From contig NC_058368.1 of NCBI RefSeq assembly GCF_018350175.1, positions 186,188,001-186,252,000 of the forward strand: a stretch of DNA of 64,000 nt. The letters are read 5' to 3'. Shown here one piece after another: positions 42,394-54,443 of this stretch (within the stretch, counting starts at the first letter, position 1; the number at the start of each line of letters is the position of its first letter). The position numbers and the translations under genes were made by a program. Origin of the DNA: Felis catus. Its lineage: Eukaryota. Below the pieces are notes generated by a model. The model made no database searches. It was given only the letters and a program-made list of their open reading frames with translations, and was not told the origin of the DNA.

Positions 42394-42620
42394 CTCGGGC
42401 CCCCTCTGGGCACAGGATCGCTCAAGACCCGGGAAAAGTGTGCGAGAGAAAATCGCGGAGAACCTGGAGCCAGCGCGAGTCCGCGAGTCCCGGCGCGCCG
42501 GGAGCGGAGGGGCGTCCTCGCTCTGCCTCTCACTCACTCGGTCTGAGCCATCATGGACTCTGCGTGCTCCTTTGCTGAAGATTTCACACCCAAATTTGCT
42601 TCCCGGTATCCGATCTGCAG
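42394..42620 (-). other. GABRA1: GABRA1 non-coding 5'UTR exon
   Basis: Consensus donor GAG|GTAAGT at 42394/42393. Candidate acceptor cttttgttgtatag|CTGCAG at 42621/42620, though transcription may also start in or just upstream of this exon. GC/CpG-rich, and resembles the GABRA1 mRNA leader as I recall it. Confidence 0.8.
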
Positions 42621-42695
42621 CTATACAACAAAAGATTTCTCTTTACCAAGACAGTAGTAATACGTCCCAGGGCAAACCGGATGTGAAATAGGCGG

Positions 42696-42703
42696 TGACT
42701 TCA
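42696..42703. promoter_or_regulatory. CRE-like site TGACTTCA
   Basis: 7/8 match to TGACGTCA in the proximal promoter. CREB/ICER regulation of GABRA1 through a proximal CRE is established; that this is the same site is inferred. Confidence 0.5.
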
Positions 42704-44964
42704 TGCCAGAGAGATTTTATTTTAGAAAGGAAGGTGGTACCAGCCTCTGGATCTGGAGACCAATCCGCCCATTTTTTATATGCAGCACAATTTAACTTGC
42801 ATCGCTCTGGCCCTAATCCCCTTCTCTCTGGCTGCAGACTCAAATCCTTCCACAATCTGCTGCAAGCTTTCCCTTTTTTTGTGGGGAGTAGAGATGAGGG
42901 AGGAAAGGGTAGCAAGGGTGAGAGACATAGGGACTCCACTCAGTACCTTTTCACACTTCCAATTCAGTAACACTGTTTTAAGGTGTGCCCATCAAAAAAA
43001 AAAAAAAAAAAAGACAGCTGATAAGTATAACTAGTCCAGCTTTGATCAAAGATTCAACCACTGCATGCACATGAATGAGTGCAGGGAGCTAGCTGCAGGG
43101 TTGCACATGTGGAGAGCCGCTGTCCTCTCGCCTGCCTCCCTCGCACGCACTCCCACACACATGTCTGAGTCCCTGTGTCTTGCAGAGTCACGAATGATGA
43201 GGGATGGCGGGGAAGAGTTCTGGCCAGTAGGGAATTGGCCACCGGGCTTCTCGAGGCTTTCGCACTTTCACAGGTTGTGAGCGCTGTCCACCCCACCTTC
43301 GTCTGTAGCTTAGAAGACAGCAAGAAACGCGCTCCGGAACCGGGTTTTCAACCTCTAGAGGCAACTGTTTGCCTGTTTACGTTATGTAGGAGAAAACACA
43401 AGCTCCTTTAAATAAGAATTGTGCTGGGTTCCCGGGGCGAGGAGTATTTAACTTTAAATAAATCACCCAGATCATTTCTAGGTTTGAGAGTCATATCTCC
43501 ATTTCCGGAATCATTGCCTTGCCTCGAACTCCATCATTCTCCGGATTGGGAAAATGGGAGAGGGGGAGGAGAGAAAATTAACAAGATTTTCAGAAGTCAG
43601 GACAAAACCGTCTTCTACTTTTTTTTTAAATTAATTAATTTTTTCCCTCTGCCCTCTTCTATTACCCTCCCTGATGGCTCTCCACCCACGAGTAATTATA
43701 CACTTAGGGAAGGAGGGTGTGTTCCAACATCAGTCTAACTAAATCTCCAAGGAACTAGGGGCGACTGTAGTTCTCTCTTCGGATTTTGTGAATGGGTGTT
43801 TGTAGCAGAGAGGAGATGGGTACTGTCTTCCTGGGAGTGCTTTCTGAAATGATCTGAAACTCTGGGAGCTGTCCCTTCAGCACTTGCACACGACTAGGTA
43901 GGAGGTGCTGAAATGGTGGGGTGCCTCCATGTAATGCTTCTGGTGAGTAAGGTCCGAACTTTGATGAGCTGCCTAATCATTTTGTCCAAGAAGACTTCTA
44001 GCAGGGGAGACGTTTTGGATAGGGGCGGAGCTTGGCCAAGTGAAATAAAAAACCTAAATGGTCAGTCTATACCACTCACGGCTTTATGATGCTACAAACG
44101 TTCCTTGACCCTGTGCTGCAATACAATCAGCTTACATAGTTACAACTTAAGACAGGTGATTGAGATGATCAGGAATATAAAATTGAAGACCACCTTCCGC
44201 AACCGGCTTTGTTATCTTGAGTTTTGAACGGGAAATGTTACTGGGAAATGATTTTAGAAATAAATCTTTAAGGAAGAGAAATTTGAAGATCATTTTATGT
44301 TGCCTCCTCTGTTCAGACACAACAAAGGTCAACGTACTCTTAAAGATATCCTTTGAGGCTCATCATAGCTTCCCTATGTGATATTACTCAATTTTTTAAA
44401 ATTTATTTATGTGCTTATCCATTAATCATGTATTGATTGAGCAGTTGTGAGAATAAAACTCACTTTACTAAGATTTTGAAATCCTGGGTTAACAATTAGA
44501 AAACACTATTTTCTTACCTGACAATATATAATGCAATTCCATGGTTATGTTTTGATTCAGCAAAGACTGATAGTCCCAGAAATGTAATCTTTTCATCTTT
44601 TTTTTTCCCCTCCTGGTAAAATTGTCACAGCTCTTTCTACTCTTCTACACTGTTTTGCAAATGGGAATGACTTTCTATCCTATATCTAATGCCACACAAC
44701 CAATCACTCTACTGCTTATGGTTTTTTTTCCCAAGCACAGTTACTGAAACATTATCATTTGCACAATAATCACATTGAGAACAATGCCAATGATATCTTT
44801 CTTCAGACTGAAAGTATTATGTGACAATTGTGCAGCATTTCCATACATTTTAAAACAAATAAATATTTATAAATAATTATTGGGTTTATCTTAAAACTAC
44901 AGTGCACATATGGAAATGGAAATGTCCATACTATGAGTTTCTATTTAAAATACAACACTCACGT

Positions 44965-45168
44965 GGGGGCACCTGGGTGGCTCAGTCAGTTAAGTGTCTG
45001 ACTTCAGCTTAGGTCATGATCTCGCAGTTTGTGAGTTCGAGCTCGGCATCAGGTTCTGTGCTGACAGCTCAGAGCCTGGAGCCTGCTTCAGATTCTGTGT
45101 CTTTCCCTCTCTCTGCCCATGCTCTGTTTCTCTGTCTCTCCATAATAAATAAATGTTAATTTTTTTTT
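44965..45168 (+). mobile_element. Can-SINE
   Basis: Standard head; TSD aatacaacactcac. Confidence 0.93.
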
Positions 45169-45439
45169 AATACAACACTCACAGGGCAGTTTTTACTAGA
45201 TGATATTTGTATAACTTGCTTTTGGGCATATATGTTTTTAATAAATAAATTGTAGCCGTTTAAGTGTTGAAAATTTGACTACTCCAAAAACAGCAATTGC
45301 AACTCTAGATTATCAGTGTTTATTATTTCCCATCAAGATATCATTAACATATGAACATAAAACTAAGGAATAAATATAGGAATATAAGAAATTAATAGTA
45401 AGGAATTAATTTACTTTATATTGTCCTGTTATATTGGAT

Positions 45440-45643
45440 CTTTTATTTATTTATTATTTTTTTATTCTAGAGGGAGAGTGTGTGAGCAGGGGAGAGGGTT
45501 AGAGGGAAAGTGAGAATCTTAAGCAGGCTCTATGCTCAGCATGAAGCACCCCTGTGGGGGCTTGATCCCAAGACCCTAGAATCATGTCCTGAGCCAAAAT
45601 TAAGAGCAGGACACTCAACTAACTGAGCCACCCCAGGTGCCCC
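45440..45643 (-). mobile_element. Can-SINE (older subfamily)
   Basis: Reverse head ...gagccaccccaggtgcccc. Confidence 0.88.
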
Positions 45644-46123
45644 TTGAACATTTTAAATAATTGTTGACACTCTTGTTTTTTTTTTCTTCCACCCAGGGGA
45701 ATAAATCCCTTCAAAGTGTGTATGCACCTGATTGAAGTAAATTCTTGAAATAGTAATAACAATGATATTTAATATTCTTAAAGGGTTTACTTGGTGCCAA
45801 GTAATGTGCTAACAAATTTGCATAAACCTAACAACTTATTCCCAAAACATGTCTGTGAGAGATAGTTTTAATATACCTGTTTTACAAATCATTCAATAAA
45901 TGATAGATTAGAGAGAGTGAGAGATTTGCCAAAGGTCATGTGGATAGAGAATGTTCATGCATTTCAGTTCTTCTGACTCCAAAGCTTAGTTTCTTAACCA
46001 CACTTCCACAGTACTTTATGTCCTTTGTTACTCTGGTTGTAAGCTCATGTTAAAATCTGTTGTATTCATCTTACTCTATGTTTAACCATCTTCTTATCGG
46101 TTACATAAAACCTTCCTTTGAAC

Positions 46124-46350
46124 ATTTTTTTTTTTAATTTTTTTTTCAACGTTTTTATTTATTTTTGGGACAGAGAGAGACATAGCATGAACGGGGGAGG
46201 GGCAGAGAGAGAGGGAGACACAGAACCGGAAACAGGCTCCAGGCTCTGAGCCATCAGCCCAGAGCCTGACGCGGGGCTGGAACTCACGGACCGCGAGATC
46301 GTGACCTGGCTGAAGTCGGACACTTAACCGACTGCGCCACCCAGGCGCCC
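46124..46350 (-). mobile_element. Young SINEC_Fc
   Basis: CpG-intact near-consensus copy; TSD cttcctttgaacatttttt. Confidence 0.96.
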
Positions 46351-46387
46351 CCTTCCTTTGAACATTTTTTAAAAACATGTATTCACA

Positions 46388-46582
46388 GTGCGCCTGGGTG
46401 GCCCAGTCAGCTAAGCATCCCACTTGGGCTCAAGTCATGATCTCACAGTATGTGAGTTCAAGCCCCACATCAAGCTCTTTGCTGTCAGCCCGGAGCCCAC
46501 TTCAGATCCTCTATCTGCCTCTCTCTCTGCCTCTCCTGCGTGTGTGCACACACGCTCTCTCTCAAAAATAAATCTTTAAAAA
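46388..46582 (+). mobile_element. Can-SINE, head-to-head with the previous copy
   Basis: gtgcgcctgggtggcccagtcag head, CT-rich segment, aaaaataaat tail. Confidence 0.88.
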
Positions 46583-47345
46583 ATATTTATTCATGGCAAG
46601 ATTCTTCCTTTTGCTGGTCTAGTGCATCAAACTACAACACAGCGTCAAGCCTACTTTACTGTTTCAGAGGTTCCTACTATTTCCCTTCTGTCTTACAAGG
46701 CCATTCCCTTAAGGGACCCGCAAACAGTCACTGGTTCTGGGACGAAGGGATTTGAGGTCAAACCTAGGACCACAGATCCTGGGGAGGCCTGATAGCTCTA
46801 TTTCCAGTGTAGCAGTCTGGTACATTTTGCTTTTTCTGTCAATTTTAAATGGCAGGAAGCCCTGACCTAATTGAAGAAGTGGTACTGATTCTTTTCAACA
46901 GAAATGTTTTTACTTTCTCCAACTAAATGTGAACCAAATGAGAAAAAAAAAATAGCAAGAGTGTTCTCATTAATTCAGTGTGGCTTTTTATCATTTACAA
47001 AATAATTTGGGGTGAGGGAGAAGAAGAGACAAGTGAAAATAATGAAATATCAAATAAGTTTCAACTGCAATCTAGAATAAAGTGGTCTTTTTAAATGTCT
47101 TTGCATGGTTTAGACATGTACACTGAACGTATGTTGTAACATATATGAAGCATGGTTATAAATCTGTATCAGTAAATGTACAGGTTGCAGTTAAACATGA
47201 TGACACCTGCATTTATGCATATAATCTCGGATATTTATATGGAATTTTTACACTCACTAAGCTAGTCCTCCTTTTCTAATTTCCCTGTATATAATACAGA
47301 CCATCTTGCTAATGAACTATACTAGCACATTCAGAGAGAGATGAC

Positions 47346-47551
47346 TTTTTTTTTTTTTAAGTCTACTTATTTTTTAGAGAGGGAGAGAAAGCAGGGGAGG
47401 GGCAGAGGAAGGGGGAGAGATAAAATCCCAAGGAGGCTCTGCACTGTTGGTGTGGAGCCCGATGCAGGGCTCAAACTCACGAAACTTGAGATCATGACCT
47501 GAACTGCAATCAAGAGTCAGTGCTTAACGGACTGATCCTCCCAGGAGCCCC
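47346..47551 (-). mobile_element. Can-SINE
   Basis: Poly-T tail; reverse head ...cccaggagcccc. Confidence 0.88.
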
Positions 47552-48922
47552 TAGAGGACTATACCTTCTTTTATAATTGGTATTGAAATAATAGCTCAGT
47601 GGGAAGAAGAACTGTGATTTAAGTAATAGACCACTTTTTGAACCTTAACCTAGATACATTTACCATCTGGGTTACTTAGACAAATTCTTTCTCCCATGCT
47701 GGAAGGCTAGTTTGACATCTCCGCACAGTGAGAGACAATGTACGTATAATAAAAACAAAACAAAAATTTTCTCATATTTGAGTCACAACTGTTTAACACT
47801 CTAAAAGGACTTAAAGATTGTTTGCCCCGACCAGTTTGACAGGTCACAAAGACTATGTAATTCTTCCTGTGATCTTTATAGAAGTAGAACTTAGGTTAGC
47901 ATGGCAGTGACTGCTCACGCATGGATAGATACCTGAAGCCACTGGTATCTAAAAGCTACGTGACCATTGGTATATTGCTGAAATTTTCTGAACCTCATTT
48001 TCTGAAGTTTTAAAATGAGGTAATGTTACCTCACTAGTTGATTGAGGCATTATATAGGAAAACAAAAGTGACTCACATAGTCCTCTTGCATAACACCTAG
48101 TAGGTATCCAATGAATGCCACTTTCCTTCTCTTTCACCCCAATACAGATTCATTACTTTTCAACCCTTGTTATACATTCTGTATACCATATTCACATAAC
48201 TCACAATAATGATTATATTGCCTACATTACACGTTAGACTTAATGGAAACATAAAATTCCCAGTTAATAGACTAGCTAGCTTGCACACCAGGCTAAATCT
48301 TAGGCCCATATTCTTATTTCTAGGGTGTTCTGAGAAAAAGAATGCGTCTCACTACACCTGACTTAGGCATTGTATATTTTACATATACTCTAAACCAGGA
48401 GGATTTGAAGAGTCTGCTCCAAGATAGAGCCAATCACAGTTTCTACACTAAGCCATAGACCCCTTCAAAGGTACATTTTACAACACTGTCCCATAAGATT
48501 TAAGAAAAACCCAACAAATACCTTTTAGGAATAAAATATAGATACAAAAACCAGACTCTTTTGGAGAGTCTTATAAGCAGGACAGTATCCAATCTTCTTT
48601 TGCGGCAGTTTTCAGTTTATCAGCAACTCATGTGTAACCCAGGTTCATCCCCCCATTTTCTTTCAAAATCTTTTCACAGATGTCAAACCCATCAACCCAA
48701 GTGGGAAAAATGCAGATTTATTCAGGGTTCAGAGGAATGATAATAAGCTGATAGTTAAAAGAAATCATTTATTTTCAAATATGAAATAAATATCAATAAC
48801 TTTCAAAACTTTGAAGACTGCAGATTCCATTAGCCACATGAAGATTGCAATGTAATTCAGGAGGGGGGGGAAGAACATGAGCACAGTCTATTAAAGTGTT
48901 GTCACAATTCTAGATTAGATAT

Positions 48923-49136
48923 TTTATTGTTATTTTCTTTAAGTTTATTTATTTTTGAGAGGAGAGAGAGTGGGAACACACGCACAGGGAAAGGGTAGAA
49001 AGAGAGGGAGAGAGAGAATCCCAAACAGGCTCCGCACTGACAGTTCAACCTGGGGCTCAAACTCACAAATCGTGAGATCATGACCTGAGCTGAAACCAAG
49101 TGTCTGAAACCAAGTGTCTGCACCACCCAGGCCCCC
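48923..49136 (-). mobile_element. Can-SINE with a rearranged head
   Basis: TSD ctagattagatattt; internal 15-bp tandem duplication tgaaaccaagtgtct. Confidence 0.88.
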
Positions 49137-51902
49137 TAGATTAGATATTTTAAAATAGATGACTTGATGGAGGAAACACGCATTCTCTACTTTTATGGTA
49201 AAATTAAGGTATTCAGGGTGTGTATATGTACACATAATCAGCTTAAAGTGTGTATACGTACACATAATCTCCATGTAAACTCCTTTAACCCATCGGAATG
49301 CTTATTTTTCCTTATTTTTCTTTTTTCAGGTGAACATAATGAATAGATAATCAATATCATTTATTAAGGGTTTAGCATGCAGAAAGGAAAAATAAAGATC
49401 TGAGTTGGGGAATCAATTTAGAAAGATTACTTGTGAGAAATAATAAAAATAAATAAATAAATAAGCTTGTTGGTACCAAGAAACTGCATTTAGTTGATGC
49501 AAAATCTTCTGACATGGTAAGGACACACCCAATTTAGAATATTTGAGGATTTTAATATGGTTTCATTACCCTGCTGGGCAGTTGCATTCACATATTTGTT
49601 TGAAATCATAAAACTCAAAAAGTGACATAAACATTAAAGCAGCCTTAAAAAAAATCACTCATCATGCCCTGAATTGCCACAGGATTTGTGGAAAGGATAT
49701 GAAATGGAAGGATTTACTAGAACACAGATCAAGAATTAAGACCCTAATGCCCCATCTGTTCAGTAACTCCCAATTCTTGATGTTTACAATAATTGTGTTC
49801 TGTGCAGTGAAATAAAAATGAGTTGGTAGATATGGATGCATTTTTTATTATGATTGTTCACAAATATATCCCAAATTATCTACTGGCCTTGCGTTAAATG
49901 TAGAACATAGAACCAATTAGAATTTTTTTTTTTTTTACTATAATTTACAATGAAACAATGTCAACTAACCCATTTCCAATTTCACTTACAATAACATTCA
50001 CCATGGTTTTTCTTGGAAGAAATTTCACAACTTCCATTTTAAATGTACCTATGATCTTGGGCAGGGGTAGGGAGGAACAAAAGGGTTTTAAATGTGAGTG
50101 ATAATTACTCTTGAGTAATTTCATTTGTGAAACAATCAGCCGATGCAAATCTCAGGAATGTAGATTGTCCCCCATGAGAACTGGAGATTTAGCTCAGAAA
50201 GCATTGCTCTGGATGGGCAAAGAGATACAATATCAGAAACCATATAGTCCAATACCAACTTAACATAAAGGATCAAGATGACAACTGAAGATATATTTAC
50301 TTGTTCCATACTTCATCTGCTTATAAAGATGACAGCACATAATTGCCTTTAAAAGATGTGAAGTGTGATTCTGAAAGCAATGGAGTGGGCTCACTGTCAC
50401 TATTCACTTTCAATGTAAGAATTTCAACATAAACAAGACCATTCTTAAATTTCACTTAAGGAGATTCGGGAATGGACTCCAAATTGACACTCCCTCCCCC
50501 CATAAAAGAGATTATCTCCTATTTAGTAGCTAAAGTATACCAGACACTCTACTGGGTGTTTTTCCTCCACATAATCTTTGCAATTGCATTTTCAAAACAA
50601 TGCCGTTTACAGACAGAAAACCTAGATTCAAAAGAATAGGGGGCATTCCCAGACACACATGGCTCATAAATTAGAGCCCAGATTTGAACCTGAAAACATT
50701 GATTTTGTGGCTTCCAAAAATTCATGATAACAAGGTAAGTGAAGGTAACTTCCTTCCTCAGAGGCTGGCTGTAGAACTGTCATGACAGACTGATGAAAGT
50801 ATTTCTGATAGCAAATTTGTGATTTGTGAAGAAATGTAATTACGTGAATTAAAAATTTTTTAAATGTTTACTAGAGGGAAGCAGAATAACATGTTTAAGA
50901 AAGTGGAACTTGGAGTCAGACATTTTCTTTTTTCATCACTTACTGCTTAGCCACTTCTCCGAATTTCTGTTGCCTTTTTTGTAATGGAGGATTAATAATT
51001 TTGTTTTACATGGAATTTTCATAAGATAATACCTATAAAATAGGTAATACATTAAAATATGTGCAACAACTGGTAGTTATGGTTATTATTACACAATCTT
51101 TACACTGCAACAATCTGCGATAACATACAACATACCCTAGAAGATTGCTTAGCTTTTCAAATATTGAAATTATGTTTTTATATATGGTAACCAATTAAGT
51201 TAAGGCTCTGCAGTTGGAACAACTCACTCAGCCAAAATTTATTAAATATCAGATTGACCATTTGATTTTTTTTTTCATCATGGAGTTATAGCCTGAAGCA
51301 AGAAAGCATTGGCTTTTACAAGGAAAGTGAATTCATTATTTCAGAGAAATTCGACTCAGCAGGTGGTAGAACATAAGACACAAAATGCTTAAGGCGGAAG
51401 CAAGACTCAACCATAACCCCGCGACAGGAGGTGAAAAATCCTCTATCCAACTTCTCCTCAACTATTTTGCAAATAAGATGATATATATTTAGTCAAAGTA
51501 TGGGATGGCTTAATATTAAAATCAGATAAAATGGAATAAATGGGATAAAACAAAAAATGAGATAAAATAAAACAATGAATGAAAATTAATGAGTAAATAA
51601 GAAGAAAAATTACCTACTCTTATTCTTTTTTTTTTTTTTTTTTGACAATTGTAGCAGATACCTCTGAAGAAGGAAGCAGTTCAGAAAATTACAGTAGGGA
51701 GCATTGAAAAATGGGTCATTTATTACAGATTCAGCAAATTCTGAAATTGAAAAGTAACTTTTACTAGACCAAGAAAGGATCAGAAAAAACTCTTGCAGAG
51801 ATTTATTTTTTTATACCATGATTTTGATTTTATTTATTTGTGTAGAAACATTTTATTTTATCAGGGAAGTTAATCCCATAATGGACCATTTGAATATCAA
51901 TG

Positions 51903-52139
51903 TTTTATTTTTTTATTTTTTTTTTAATTTTTTTTTCAACTTTTATTTATTTTTGGGACAGAGAGAGACAGAGCATGAACGGGGGAGGGGCAGAGAGAGA
52001 AGGAGACACAGAATCGGAAACAGGCTCCAGGCTCTGAGCCATCAGCCCAGAGCCTGACGCGGGGCTCGAACTCACGGACCGCGAGATGGTGACCTGGCTG
52101 AAGTCGGACGCTTAACCGACTGTGCCACCCAGGCGCCCC
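51903..52139 (-). mobile_element. Young SINEC_Fc
   Basis: Near-consensus; TSD gaatatcaatgtttta. Confidence 0.96.
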
Positions 52140-52313
52140 GAATATCAATGTTTTAGAATTCAAATAAAACACAGATATCAATTAGTATTGAATTGTAAAT
52201 CAATACTTCAATCAATTTACAATTGAATTGTAAATCAAATGCTTTGTCTGATTTACAATTCTTTCTATAAGCTAATTTCAGTTAAAAGTGTACTTTTCTA
52301 AACTACCAAAGTA

Positions 52314-52519
52314 GGGGTACCTGGGTGGCTCTGTAGGGTAAGCATCAGACTCTTGATTTCAGCTTAGGTCATGATCTCAAGGTTCGTGAATTCAAGACCA
52401 GCATCAGGCTCTACTCTGACCTTGCAGAGCCTGTTTCAAATTCTCTGTCTCCCTCTCTTTCTGCCCCTCCCCATCTCTCTCTCTCTCTCAGAAATAAATA
52501 AATCATTAAAAAAAAAAAA
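52314..52519 (+). mobile_element. Can-SINE
   Basis: ggggtacctgggtggctc head; TSD-like aaactaccaaagtag / aaactgccaaagtag. Confidence 0.9.
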
Positions 52520-54226
52520 TTTAAACTGCCAAAGTAGAATAAAGGCAGAACTTGGAAATGGTGTTTGAAAAGCAGCTTCACTAGACTGATGTTCTGTTCT
52601 TAGCCTTCATTATTAGTTCTGTGAACCATGTTAAAAGATTATAGTTACTCTTTGGGTGACCTTGAGAGATTTGATACCTCTAGGAAATCTAGCTATTTCA
52701 GGGATTGAACTGTTCTAAGTTAGTCTGACAGCCATATGTTTAAATCATGATTTCAGTGCCTGGAGAAATTTTTGTTAGGCTCCCAAGCAAGTCAGTGAAT
52801 TCAGGAGAATTGCCTTGTGGCTTTGGAAGAACATGGTTGGGGAAGGTCAGTCAAGGTTCAGAAGCCTTTGTCAAAGGCTTAAGGAAGGCACAAACACAAG
52901 TCCTGTTCTCAGACAGAACAGCATCTATCTCCCATTTAGACTCCTGTGGAAGACCCTATAAATCACCAAAAAATAAATAAATAAAATGAAAGAAATCCAT
53001 TATAAATTGTGGCCTCTCCTCACACTTTTTAAAATGAATGTATGATTTCACTCTAAGCAATATATAAGAACCAAAGAAAATTAAAAAAAAAAAAAAACAG
53101 AAATAGAAGATGGGCTAATATTTTCCTTAAGAAGAGCTTGTGAGTCACCAGAAAAATTTAAGACAAAACCAAAATATTTTAGGACTAGTTTTGTTTAAAC
53201 TGTGTAGTAGTTCCTCTACTATAATTTATGGGTACAGGTAGAGGAAGTATTGGTAACATTTGAAATTGTAGGCCCACATTTTATCATTCTTTCCTTTTGA
53301 AGTATCATGCTAACTTTACATTTGCTTAACTCCCTTCTCTTTCTAAGCACATTAAAACATAAAGTGAAATATGATCTTCAGAGTTCAGCACATTAAATAT
53401 CATGCAAAAATAAAATTTTACATAAAAATCTTAATAAAAAGACTCCTGGACACTATTAAATATTTTTTAATCATGCCATTTTTATTTAAAGAGGCCTCAC
53501 TAACCATCCTTTGTATAGATCCTTATTTTTATCTAGTTTCCAAATCCAAAGCCAAATGTGAGATTTCCTCATTTAACAACGTACTGTATTCAAGGACTCA
53601 CTTGCTCGGGCCAACTACTTTCACTGTCTCATACCTATTTGCAGAATCCCTATCTATAGTTATTACTGGCTTAGAGTTTCCAGAATGTGTTGCATACAAA
53701 ATCTTTACAAATGCACCAAATACTCTAATCAGATTATTCTTAGAACTGTTTAAAAAGTCAATTCAAATGTTCTTCTGAGGAGCGAATATGAACAAAATCA
53801 TCACCAAAACTTTGGGGAAACAAAAGTAGGCATAGGGATTGTTTGACCAGATATAAAAATGTACATAAGGAAACCATAGTAAATAAATTTTAAATAGTTC
53901 TGGCCCAGATGCAGGTGGAAGCTTAATTAATGTAAATGCCCCTAAAGTTTGAGGCATCTTAAATGTCCACAGACAGGGGAGGAATTGAATAAACTTTGGT
54001 ATATCCATATCATGAAATTATAGGTGGTACTTTAAAAAAATGAAGTAAATTTTTACCCACTGACATAAAATGATGCTTGCAGTGTATTGCTACATCGAAA
54101 AAAGCAAACATGAAGAAGTATGATTACTGTTTTGCAAATACATTTAATAGCAAGATAAAATATAGACCTGAAATGGTACACAGTTTAGATACATAGAGCT
54201 GTCATTTTATCCTTTCCATAGCATGA

Positions 54227-54443
54227 TTTTTAAAAAATGTTTATTTATTTCAGAGAGGGAGAGAGAGAGACAGCACATGAGCAGGGGAGGGGCAGAGAAA
54301 GAGAGAGACACAGAATCCAAAGCAGGCTCCAGGCTCCAAGCTGTCAGCACAGAGCCCGATGTGGGGTTCAAACTCCTGAACTGTGAGATCATGACCTGAA
54401 CGGAAGTCGGACACTTAACTGACTGAGCCACACAGGCGCCCCT
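54227..54443 (-). mobile_element. Can-SINE
   Basis: Reverse head ...gagccacacaggcgcccc. Confidence 0.92.

Larger units (their letters stand above)
42340..43460 (-). promoter_or_regulatory. GABRA1: GABRA1 promoter / CpG-rich region
   Basis: CpG-dense blocks at ~42340-42620 and ~43100-43350 in an otherwise CpG-poor window. TATAAAA on the minus strand at 42780-42774, CCAAT at 42760-42764, GC box CCGCCC at 42765-42770. Confidence 0.8.

Noticed and set aside
41994..42578. 194-aa plus-strand ORF, the longest in the track
   Set aside because: Antisense to the GC-rich GABRA1 5' exon and intron, where stop codons are depleted. Includes poly-K from an A-run and shows no recognisable domain.
42561..42581. 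Full RE1/NRSE in the 5'UTR exon (TTCAGCAAAGGAGCACGCAG on minus)
   Set aside because: Only the first 7 bases match the left half and the GGACAG right half is absent. Too weak to call.
53371..53778. 135-aa ORF
   Set aside because: AT-rich intergenic sequence next to probable old L1 relics; no domain and no supporting exon structure.
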